NCBI GenBank assembly: GCA_051362555.1
Contig: CM120649.1
Coordinates: 17,312,567 to 17,376,566 of the forward strand
Direction of reading: 5' to 3'
Length of the DNA: 64,000 nt
From: Lingula anatina
Lineage: Eukaryota > Animalia > Brachiopoda
This document shows positions 25,755 to 36,493 of the stretch, in pieces (position 1 is the first letter of the stretch; each line of letters begins with the position of its first letter). Both the position numbers and the translations under genes were made by a program. The notes under the pieces were generated by a model. It searched no databases. It was given only the letters and a program-made list of their open reading frames with translations, and was not told the DNA's origin.

Positions 25755-25843
25755 GTGAGTATATATTTCCCATGCGGTGACTGATCAAGGAATTAGAGGG
25801 GGCACTCTGGCCGGGCCACATGCGGCTCACCCCCCCCCCCCCC

Positions 25844-25887
<44 letters not shown>

Positions 25888-26338
25888 TTTTAAGGCAGTA
25901 TTACAAGCAAAACGACGAGACGAGACAGCAGTTTTACATTCCAGTGCCTACATATTTACAGTTCAGTTCTTAAAATTGTCATTATCAGAATTTTTATTTA
26001 CCCCTCTTCAATATTTCTTTCTCTAGCCAAATCGTACATGTATGTAGATCCGCCAGTGATTTGTATACAGAACACAGTTTTAATTTATGTAATAGCTGTA
26101 ATATAGTGGTAGGGGTTACATGGTACACTTTAGTGTTAGGCTGCTGCAGTGTGCAAATAGTGTGCAAAACCAATCCTATCAATTATCATACATGTATGCT
26201 TCAATGTTTGTATATTTTGGCTAGAAAATATTTAGTTCAGTATTATATTATTTACACAAATTAATTTACATTTGAACTAATTCAACTTGTGAAATAAGCA
26301 TAATTCATAATATTTGCAACAATTGACAAGGCACAGAA

Positions 26339-26503
26339 ATGCCACACACAATCCAGTGTGTAACCAAGACCCCAGTGGACGTCGTCCAGTGTCCCGTTCA
26401 TTGTAAAGATACCCCTGGCCAGAGGAGAGATGGTCTTGTGGTCACACAGCTTGCTTGGGATGGGAGCCAACAGCAGCTGTTCATGATCTTCAGTTGGTTC
26501 AAG
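26339..26503 (+). CDS. Uncharacterised protein, coding exon 1
   Basis: AGAA-ATG start. MPHTIQCVTKTPVDVVQCPVHCKDTPGQRRDGLVVTQLAWDGSQQQLFMIFSWFK, then AAG|GTAAAA phase-0 donor. GC content is higher than the flanks. Confidence 0.7.
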
Positions 26504-26526
26504 GTAAAATACAGACGACGTAGTTA

Positions 26527-26803
26527 CCCGCACGAAAATGAAATAGATACTCCAGCGCAGTAGACTACTGCAATCATACTGCAAACATGCTTCAAATCTG
26601 CTTTGATTGGGGAGCTAATTAGCATATTTGAAACATGCTTCTATCATGCTGCTAATCTACTGCATTAATGCTCCTCCTCTGTACAACCCTATGTAATTTT
26701 TTGAAGTAGAATTGCAGTAGGCTATACTGCATTTCTACTGCAAATATGCTCCACACCACTACTGCGTTAATGCTTCTTTGCTTCTACTGCATTTTCATGC
26801 GGG
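26527..26803. mobile_element. MITE with CCC termini and a 6-bp target duplication (TAGTTA)
   Basis: TIR CCCGCACGAAAATG ... CATTTTCATGCGGG. TAGTTA at 26521-26526 and 26804-26809. Internal CTACTGC/GCAGTAG repeats. Confidence 0.85.
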
Positions 26804-27135
26804 TAGTTATCAGTGTTGATTTGGGTAAATTTAAGGCTCACTTGTAAAGATGATATTATAGCTGTTGCACCAGGCCTCTTGTGTAGTGTTCAAGTCAGAT
26901 TTAATTTTATTATACCGTCTTCAATAAATCAAATTAAGAGAGAGGGACATACATTCAGTAAAATGTTATGAAGCCAGCAAGGGATGTTCAAATACCCCAA
27001 AATGTGCCAGCTTCATAATACTTTTTTTTGTGGGCACTTCTATTTTGTTACCTAAAATATGATATCTGCAGTGAAAGATAAAAAAAGAAAAAAAACCCTC
27101 CCAATTAATGAAACTTGTTTTCTTTCCCTCTGTAG

Positions 27136-27255
27136 GATTTCTTTGAAGGGAATGCCCATGCCCAGTTGGAGTTTTCAAAGTTGGCAATCAGATTGGGCCA
27201 ACTACAAGAGCTGAGCGAGCAGTTTGGATTGCATACTGCTTATCACAGAAAAGGG
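27136..27255 (+). CDS. Uncharacterised protein, coding exon 2 (R3H-like segment)
   Basis: TCTTTCCCTCTGTAG acceptor. DFFEGNAHAQLEFSKLAIRLGQLQELSEQFGLHTAYHRKG, 120 nt, phase 0/0. The donor GGG|GTTTGT is weak. Confidence 0.65.
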
Positions 27256-27679
27256 GTTTGTTGGGAAATCTTTCTTTGTGTCATTGTGTGTGTGTGCATG
27301 TATGTCAGCGTGTGCATGCATATATACATACAATACAATTTCTGTTTACTTGGATTTGAAGAAGTTTTAATGCAATTAGTTTTTCAAGCATCTTTAACAA
27401 AGCAACAATTGACCATCATTTGTATCAAGTTCAAAAAGTATAATTAGCATTTTAAAGCCCTCTTTTGTTCTCACTTGGTGTGGGTCTAATGAATACTGAC
27501 TTTCATTGATCCCCTGCATTTGATTACACAGAATTTTACTTTTGTATAGAGATTTGGTATGTAAAAATGTTCTGTTAGCTTTTTGTTTTTAGAAAAGAAT
27601 AAGAAAAAAAAAATGATTGGAATCCAGCCCTTCTTTTTTGTTCTCCAAAATGTGTATAACTTATTTTCTTTTATTGCAG

Positions 27680-27884
27680 CATTATTGGGTAGTGAAACCC
27701 AAGGAAAGGGAAGGAAAGGTGGCAGGTGAAGACAAGACAAGCCAAGAGGGTTGTCTGAGCGCAGCTCATTCTGCAGAATCCTTAATTACCTCTGACCTTA
27801 GAAGAGAACAGTATGGGATGGATGTTGTGTCTCCTGAAAAGGAAGATAAAATAAAGACTTGTGTGGATTCTGCATTTGATGGAG
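27680..27884 (+). CDS. Uncharacterised protein, coding exon 3
   Basis: TTTTATTGCAG acceptor. HYWVVKPKEREGKVAGEDKTSQEG...KTCVDSAFDG, then GAG|GTATCT phase-1 donor. Confidence 0.75.
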
Positions 27885-28122
27885 GTATCTCTCTCTCTCA
27901 AGCCAACCTTATTTTTTATTTTTCTTCCCTCCATATCAATCTCCCATACAAAAATGTAAGACTTTTATTTTTCAACAAATCTTTCATTAATCACATAAAT
28001 TCTATGTCCAACATTAAAATTACCAGATAGAAATTTGAACATATAATGATAAAACAAATACAGCAAGTCTCTTTCATATGATCACAGATTGTTGTCGATC
28101 ATGAAATAATCACATATTTCAG

Positions 28123-28234
28123 ATGGTAAGAGAGAGGCTGATATTGAGGACAAGGTCAAGGTCAGCAGTCTTGCTGAAGGTCATTTGGGTCATTTCTTTG
28201 TGAACAGGGTCAGGCTGAATGGAGACAAGTCAAG
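28123..28234 (+). CDS. Uncharacterised protein, coding exon 4
   Basis: TATTTCAG acceptor, phase 1 matching the previous exon. (D)GKREADIEDKVKVSSLAEGHLGHFFVNRVRLNGDKS(R), then AAG|GTAGGG phase-2 donor. Confidence 0.75.
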
Positions 28235-29722
28235 GTAGGGCTGGGCTGTTGGATAGGTATGAATCGTTTAGCAATGATAAGAAAATATTATAATTTATTT
28301 GTATCATTGAATGTATATTTTTATATTTGGTTGCTGATAAAAGGAACAAACTATTATTTTGTTTTACCAAACTTATTTTTAGTGCCTTAAACATGGCATA
28401 AAAATCCTTCAGTTGGCAGTTGCAAGAACGGTTTCACTTTCAGATTTGCCCAGTTTTTAATTAAACTATTGATGTTTCATCCTGGCATCACTTATTCCTG
28501 TTTATGTTCATTTCGTCACTGTTATTTATGCGTAAGTTATATTTTTACTGTTATTTATGCTTTCATTAGCTGAATTATTAGAATGCAAAAATCATGACAT
28601 TGTTTCAAAGTGGTCATAAAATGTATTTTCAGTTGGTATGACTATAATTGTATGGGATGAACGCTTGTGAATGTGCTCAGCTGCACAGCTACCGCAATGA
28701 TTAGCTGCATTAACATCTCTTGAATGTGTTGAAGTGCAACCCTATGAAAATGGGTGTGAAGCTATTTATTGAATGCACTAAGATGCACACCTAACACAAT
28801 GACTGGCATTCACTATTATTATATTGCCAAGGTACAGACCAAACACATTGGTTGTGATATTTACTGAATGTCTTGAGCTTCACAGCTACTGCAATGACTG
28901 TGCATGTTATCTAATCATTTTATAGCTGCAGTTTGTGTGCATTGTCAAGAACTTTGAAATTTTGTCATTTTTTTGATACTCTCTTTTTTTTTGTTAATAT
29001 ATAGTTATCACCAGTTTTGTTCCACTTGAAGTAACTGCAGGGAAATCTGTTGGCTGAGATTTTTACTTAACATTGGTGATAATTTTTCAGGCTTTGAAAT
29101 AATAACTATGAAAGTATCCATTTTCTAAATTAAAGATGAATTTATTCAAAATTGACATGATAATCTGATGGTATTTCAATGGGTGGGAGAGATCTATTAG
29201 AATAGCTCAGCCAGAACCATGAGGTACGAGTTGGATTTATGGTTTCCTGTGTTATTTTCCCCCTGGTATTTTCCTGAGTGTGCTTGACACAAGCCAAAAA
29301 AATTAAATATTTGAATAAGTGTGATTTCCTTCTGGAGGAAATTGTTGGTTTTGCATATGTCAATTAAGTTACTGATAGGAAAAGAAAAAGCTGCATTTTT
29401 ACTTTTGAAATTGGAACCAGAAAGAATGAGATGACAGGGAATTTCTTTGTCTGATTTATATCAAGAAAATCAATAAATACGAATGGAGTTTATAAAAGTG
29501 AAAATCCTAAAGCATTGCTTTGTTGGCAGTACTTCAGATTGATTAAGCCAGAAGTTATGAAAAGTGAGAGGAGTTTTTTGTTGTGAATAGTAAAAAAGGA
29601 GGAAGATTGAAATATATATAGGAATACTGAAGTGCTTAAAATTGCTAGTTTTGAGTCTGTTGTGGTTTTTGTAAACAGATTTTATGGGAGGTGCATTTAC
29701 ACTTAGCTGATTTGTGTCGCAG

Positions 29723-29843
29723 GTCAGAACTCATTTGCCAAAGCCAAAAGAACTTGGGTCAAAGGCTCAAACTGTTTAAACGGAAAAACTTAAGACAAAA
29801 AGATAGTTTTAGCTTGAAGATCAAGAGGTTTAGTTTATTTTGA
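29723..29843 (+). CDS. Uncharacterised protein, probable exon 5 (terminal, or internal ending at 29827)
   Basis: Branch-like GCTGAT plus TGTCGCAG acceptor. The phase-2 frame is open: (R)SELICQSQKNLGQRLKLFKRKNLRQKDSFSLKIKRFSLF*. AATAAA follows at about 29868 and 29916. The five exons total 723 nt (240 aa + stop). Confidence 0.5.
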
Positions 29844-31061
29844 TTCAGTATAAATGGGTAATAGTCAAATAAACATGCCTCTTTTATTAAAAAAAAAATG
29901 TTGATGTGTTTGACTAATAAATGCTTCATTTTAGAGGAGAGTTGCAAATTTTAGTTGAGGTACATTGAAATTTTTATTGTTCTTATTATTTTTGAAACAT
30001 GCCCCTGGTTGCCTTTCCACTAAAGTGCCTCAAACAAAATTTTATCTTTAATTTGGTACTTTTGAGGTGTCTCTTCCGTGTTGCTTTTGCAATGCTGAAG
30101 TGTATTTTTCACAGCAGGATAATAATTGTAATGTCTTGTAAAAATGGCTCTAATGTGTGGCAACTTTTAAAATACATTTTCATTCCATTAGGGATGCTTT
30201 TTTAAGGGGTTAGCCTTTTATTAAAGCAACATGCCAGTTGGGCTTGGTGTTTTCCAAATATTTTAAGGGAATAAATACTTGAAAGGTAACAGATTAATAA
30301 GTGGACTGAAAGTAAAAAAAAATCTATTATTATTATTATTATCTATTATCTATTATGTTTTTGATGCTAGCTTATTTATTTACTTACTGAGGGAAAAGAC
30401 TTCAGGGTTTCGGAGAAAGAAAGAACTACATTGTTGAAGAGCTTTCTGTTAAACTAAAAGTTATGTCAATATTTTAATATCTGTATTTAGGAACATTTTT
30501 TGTTTTTGTACACCACTTTTTGAAATTGAGCTTGGTTTCAATATAACTGACAAATTAATTGTTGTATCAATATTTTGGTATTCAATCTGAGGATATACTG
30601 CTTTCCTCAATAGAGGTTATTGTTTTTGGACACTGTATTTAAGAGCCAGCTTAGTTTGGAGGGTAATTAACAGTCAAATGGTTCATTATGTCAATATTTA
30701 TGTTACAGTATCCAAAATAAGACCATTCTTTGTTTTTGTACCAAGTTGTGTTTTTGGTACGTTCTAGATCGATCGTAAAAATGGACAAGGAAGTATTATT
30801 CAGCTGCTGTTCTTGATGGAGTCCCATGTCTCTCTCTTTCAGGGGTTTCAACATATTTGGTTGTTTAAGCTTATTCTGTGGAGTGGTATTACTACAGATC
30901 ATTTCATATTCAATGTCAACTAAGTGTTCAGCTGGCTATTACACTAGAGAGTCACCTAACTGGACACACGCACATGCACATGCACTCGCACACACATACA
31001 GAAGGAAACATACTTGTGGAGGACTTGTGAACAGAAGTAAAAATAATGTAATAATACCTAA

Positions 31062-31483
31062 GGATGCATTCACAACCAAAGTTGATCCATGGACTAACAG
31101 ATCCTCAGATCAAATATGGCTGACCCACTTGAAGGCTTGCTGCGTAATCCCTGTGGGGAATCTATTCATTGTCTGCAAGGGGATTCTGCTACAAGGTTTC
31201 AAGTGGTCTGTTAGATTGCATTCAGAACAGATGATCCATGGACTAACTGATCTGCGACTAACTATGGCCGACCCCACTTAAAAGCAAGATGCCTAATTCC
31301 CTGACGGTCTTCCTGCCTCTTCACATGCCATTAAACAGATTAAATATTGACTCCAAGGTTTAATCGCTAGCCCCCAGCAGGGGTGAACATCAGGGGATTA
31401 ATAGGCACTGCTTTTAAGTGGGTTGGCCATTTATGATCCATCGAATCGGTAAGTCTGAGGATCAAGTTGTTCTGAATGCGCTC
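31062..31483. mobile_element. MITE family B: one partial and one near-complete copy in tandem
   Basis: GCATTCAGAACA-GATGATCCATGGACTAAC-ATGGCCGACCC arms recur at about 31066 and 31218, and inverted at 31420-31483. Homologous to 34277-34560. Confidence 0.8.
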
Positions 31484-31486
31484 TGA

Positions 31487-31712
31487 GGGTGCATTCCCAT
31501 AGATTTAGATCGATCCAGAGATTTAGATTTAGATCAACCTAACTCCTTGGGGGTTCACGCTAAATTGCAGTCAGCTGAGCGCGCACCATAGTTAATTACC
31601 CCCTTACAGCTTTTAGTAGGCGGGACAGACGCTTAAGCCGGCTTAGTTGACAGTAATCTAGTGAGACTCTCCACAGGGATAGATCGATTTAAAATCCATG
31701 GGAATGGGGTCT
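31487..31712. mobile_element. MITE family A, copy 3, abutting the family B copy
   Basis: GGGTGCATTCCCATAGATTTAGATCGATC ... GGGAATGGGGTCT; separated from the preceding MITE by only TGA. Confidence 0.85.
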
Positions 31713-32612
31713 TAGTCTGCAGATCAACTTGTTGTGAATGTGCCCATGAGTCAAGTTAAATGTACTGCTCAATGTAAAAAGGGTCTGGAACCCAGGGTAA
31801 CTGTTAATGGTGCTACGTTTCCAATACACCTGAACTGATACAGTTGCTAGCACTCTCCAAATGTGCCTAGAAAAGATTAGCAAAACCGCAGAAAGTGTTT
31901 ATCAGAAACCCCTAGAGCTAATTAAGTAAAGCAACCAGTCTTCTTGGAGTAAAATACCACAGGAATTCTGCGGAAATCTTGCAGTGATAAGTGGATCTAT
32001 TGCTTAGAGAAACGGACTAATGTTTGAAAAATATTTTTGCAATGCTGATTAATAATGAAGTTATTTTTTGACAATTGCACAATTGAATTCGAAGAAAGTT
32101 CAATTTTTGTTTCAGTTAAAACCATGAATCATCTAAAAACTACATAATAAGTAAGTTATTTTCCAACATGTGCAAAGTTGTTATAGTAAAATATGACCAC
32201 AGAGACGTGTGTAATTATTGGTCTCCAAACTGAAAGGTCTGTCTTTCATTGAACATGTAGACTCATTTATTGCTGACATGACATGCACCGTTGGAACCAA
32301 TTTGGAACTGCTTCTGGCCACTTTTTTTTTATTTCCCTTTGACAAGTGCCATGAGCTAGCTATAGGTCAGTTTGACCTTTCTATTTGCCTCCTGTTCATC
32401 GAAAATGCCTAGAATATGTTTTCTGAATCATTGACAAACTTGAAATTCCAAATGCCCTGTTAGAGGGATCATTTTCACACAAATGATACTAATAATGATT
32501 TTAATATTGTACTCCCACTCCCAGTGACTTGTCTTGAAGTCATACAGCACGTCATTGTTGCTTGGTGGTAGTCATAGGGTTTGTATAAGTATATAATAAG
32601 TTTAAGTAAGTT

Positions 32613-32897
32613 CAGGCCTACCCTGCTACCAGGCTCGGCACCGAATGATCCTGAATTCATCGATAGATCGGACCACACTACCCGTTTCAGACGCAAAACC
32701 GCTCTTGCCTAGTACGCAGTGTGATAGTGATGATTCTCAGCAGGGTTGGAAAGTAGTGCATCTCATCTCAAAATTTGTTCCGGGGTATGATATTGTGCAA
32801 TGTGTACTGACACACACCTTGAAAACGGGTAGTGTGGTCCAATCTACTGGTGAATTCGGGATCATTGGGTGACAAGTCTGGTAGTTGGGTAGGCCTG
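32613..32897. mobile_element. MITE with long TIRs (about 75 bp) and apparent 5-bp duplication AAGTT
   Basis: CAGGCCTACCC..ACCAG..GAATGATCC.GAATTCA..TAGAT.GGACCACACTACCCGTTT is mirrored at 32822-32897; AAGTT lies on both flanks. Confidence 0.85.
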
Positions 32898-33628
32898 AAG
32901 TTTTCATTTAAAGATTCAGTGCAGATGTACTTCTACTGAATTTAAGAAACCACAGAGACTAAGCAAACCACATGTGTTAGAAACCACATCTGCCATCCAG
33001 CAAAAAGTTTTATTAAGTTGCTACAGAAGTGAAATAAAAAGGGCCACAGGGCTGATGTGCGAGAGATGGGGGTGGGGGCATTTGGCTGGGGGGGGGGGGG
33101 GGGGGTTGAGAAGTGCCCACTTGCCAGTAAAGATTAGCCATTAAAGTGCAGTGTCTGGAAGAAAAGGACAATACATCATTGTATGCATATCAGATCCTGC
33201 TACCACATACCACAGAGGAAGAGATGTTCAACACTTCAAGAACTGACTCAATATAAACGATGCCGTTTCCTTTATATTTATGCAAGCTTTCATTGTAATT
33301 GCACATGACGAACGCGGTTGAACTGATGTTTTGTAAAACTTTCTATTTTTCAGTTTTAATTGGCGAAGTGATAAATGCTTTCAAGACCAACTGTGGTGTT
33401 TTATAATCCTTATTAGGGATCTGATGATATAGGCTTACAGTGTTCCTGGGGGCAATTTATTTCTTTAATTGTTTTTGAAGGGAAATTTTGAAAGTTAACC
33501 TTATTTAGCAACTTGGTGCCAGTGCTACAATTAGCATCCAGGCACCTTGTAAAATATGTTGAATAACTCTGATACTGGAACTTAAATTGACAGACATCCA
33601 GGCAAAGTAGTTAATTATGGTATTTGTA

Positions 33629-33921
33629 AAGGGTGACCCCTGAAAAAAACAGAACCCATAAAATTTTTATTAAATCCTACAAAGGTTCATCAAATTTCAT
33701 GAAGACTTAAACTTCAGTATGTGCATGATCATTCCCTAAATTTTTAGTTATCTTGATAGCTTTGCAAAAACAAATTGATGTTTTTTTTAAATTTAATTTA
33801 ATTTAATTTTATTTTATTTTATTTTATTTTATTTTATTTTATTTTATTTTATTTTATTTTATTTTATTGTTATTTTTTTAACTTTTATTATTCATTTTTT
33901 TTTTTGAGGGGGGACACCCTG
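33629..33921. mobile_element. Degenerate Tc1/mariner-type MITE containing an (ATTTT)n expansion
   Basis: TA-AAGGGTGACCCC ... GGGGACACCCTG-TA, i.e. a CAGGGTGTCCC-type TIR with TA duplication. (ATTTT)n at about 33790-33867. Confidence 0.7.
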
Positions 33922-34276
33922 TATCATAAATTCAGTCTTGCTGTGACTACATGGCTAAATATAAAATACCTAGTAACATGTATCCCTGCCTGTTTTTTAT
34001 TTCATCAGTTATCAAACTACTTTCCAAAGGGAAATTTTGAAAATCAACCCTTTTAACAAGTTGATGCTACTGGTAACATCCACGCATGTTATTTTATTAA
34101 TGATGTAATTGTTGCCGAACAAGTCCAAATAATCAGGCAAGGAAGTATCAATTTTTCACCAATTCATGTTACATTTTGCAGCAATTATCTATAATATATT
34201 CAGTATTGCCGTGACTTGGTCACTGAATACCCAATAGTATATATACCTACCTCATTTTTATCTACTTATCAAATAA

Positions 34277-34560
34277 GAGCATCTTCAGAACAGATGCGGA
34301 CTAACTGCTCTGCCAACTAAATAAGGCTGACCCTACTTCAAAAGCAATGCCGTTGATTTCCTGATGGTCTCCCCTCCTCCACACCTGCCATTAAACAGAT
34401 TATCTCAGCTCCGAGGTTTAATTGCTAGACCCATGCAGTTATGGTGCATGTGGAGGCGGGGAAACCATCAGGGAATTAGCGGCATTGCTTTTTAAGCGGG
34501 GTCGGCCATATTTAGTCGGCAGAACAGTTAGTTCACAGATCATCTGTTCTGAATGTGCTC
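34277..34560. mobile_element. MITE family B, full fold-back copy
   Basis: Imperfect inverted arms of about 115 bp, GAGCA..TTCAGAACAGATG ... CATCTGTTCTGAATGTGCTC; flanks TAA and CAA. Confidence 0.85.
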
Positions 34561-36493
34561 CAAGACTGCAGAGTGATTGTGTGATATATTTTATGTAGCA
34601 TGGAAGATGTATAAGATGGCAACCTTGGAGAATACACTGGAACAAACTGAGAATATTTTGTGGCGAAATCCTGGCGCTGCAAATGTCAGACCTTTAACAT
34701 AATACAATCAGAAGATCTCAGTTGCTTGACTTTTAATGTGAAATCAATTTGTAACTCTCTCGGGGTTTGTTCTGTTTTCAGATTTCTTTCAGGAAGTTGA
34801 GTTTAACATTTAGCAGACAATTCAGTTTTTTTTTCTCTTAGATTGGATATAAAGATACCATTTGTAGGACTTGTGTTAAGTTCCTCTCCTTCATCATTGA
34901 ATATTCTGTGAGCATATGATAACCCTTTTAAGTAACAGATTGAAATTACTAAACCTGCACAAAATTAGTGTGTCAATGTATTCATTGCCTCGGTCTGTCA
35001 GTTATTGTTGTGTTCTTCTCGCTGTTGATGCAATAAATAGATACCCCTGAATTGCATTATCCTCAAACTTAGTGGAGTGATTCCAAGCACAAAAATAAAG
35101 GTCCTTTTTTGTGCACTGTTATAATTTTTTTTTGATGTCTGTACATTTGAAAGCTTTGCTGCCTTGTTTTTGTGCAGTTCCGTTTATTTTGTATGATTTC
35201 ATTTGCCACAAATCTTTTGTCTGGTTGTGGTAATACAATAAAACTTTGAGACAATATGGAATTGGAACCCATAGCACTTAGTGGCCCCCTTTTCTCAAAA
35301 ATTATTTGTGAAGACCAGTGCAGTCTAATTGAACATTACACGCCCTCACCCCGGATGTCCAGACGACAAAATAGCTCCGCACTACCCTACACAATCAAAA
35401 TATAATACTAATAACAACAGGTACTTCTTCAAATTACAAGAACATTAGAATGGAACGACAATGTATTAGTCAATCAAAATGTGCAGAAATTAGGAAATTA
35501 ACAACCCCCTCTATGAAAATAATGGGGAGATATCTAATTGTTTCCTCAATCTCATAGGTGCTTATGTTCTTTTCATGATGATTGGGTATTGTTAAGGCCT
35601 GGAAGTAACGATGCATTAGGGCTAGGTCGTACTTGCTTACTGGTTGTGTTACTTTTATCCTCTGCACTATTGCCAAATTTCTCCCTGCACTTCTTGATTG
35701 GCAAGTGCGAACTGGCCTTCAAAAGACCAATCGCAGATAAATTGACATTAAGGGTTGAGATTACCAATAGACAAATTAACAGTGGGCAGATTAACAGTGG
35801 ACAATAATGTCATTATTTCACAAATCACTTCATTCTGTAAAGGGCCATAGCAAGTTGTTGTGCATTGACATTTAGGTTTGCATGCTTTTTGTAGAAAAAC
35901 AAAAAACAAAGTACAGGCATTACAAGTTGCTGCCCAGGTTATACAGTCAGTTGTCATATTGATAAGCTACAAAATTTAACATGGATTGAAAAGCCTATTA
36001 TTATTTATTATAATGAATGAATTATTTCTTCATTTTGTTTTCAGAACACATACAAATGAAAAGTAGAAAAAAAATGACCATTGATGATTCAGCATTAAAA
36101 ATAAGTTTAATTCCTGACCAAATAAAAAACCTGGCATTGAGACTTGGATTGAGCAGCTATCTTGGTAAGGCATGAGATTCCTAGCCAAAAGCACAACTTA
36201 TTTCGGCCATTTCACAGCTTGCAGAATGTGCCAAGTTAAAATATCCCAGGAAATAAACATCAACACTCTGATAAATGTGGAAAAAAAATAAGCAATTGGA
36301 CTGTACTTTTACATGTGTATTTCTAAGAATTTTGGCGTCAAAACAGACTGATTACTTCCAACATGGGAAACATTGGCAGTGCTCACAAGAGATTACTAAG
36401 TTTACTAAACTAAGGCCTACTTTTGATCCAGTGTAATGGAATTAATTTTACAAAAAAAAAAAAAAAAACAAAAAAACTTGGGGTCATGTTAGT

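Noticed and set aside
30826-31281. 151-aa ORF with a hydrophobic stretch and a phase-compatible acceptor near 30842
   Set aside because: It runs through a CA microsatellite and MITE sequence with no convincing donor. It cannot be fully excluded as an alternative last exon.
33470-34272. Degenerate local duplication around the mariner MITE (GGGAAATTTTGAAA at about 33480 and 34028; TTCAGT.TTGC.GTGAC at about 33931 and 34199)
   Set aside because: Probably real but old, non-coding and without evident function.
35470-35770. Minus-strand fragments faintly resembling a TIR domain (LVIS..DWSFEGQFAL)
   Set aside because: Needs frameshifts, has multiple stops, and the similarity is too short to support.
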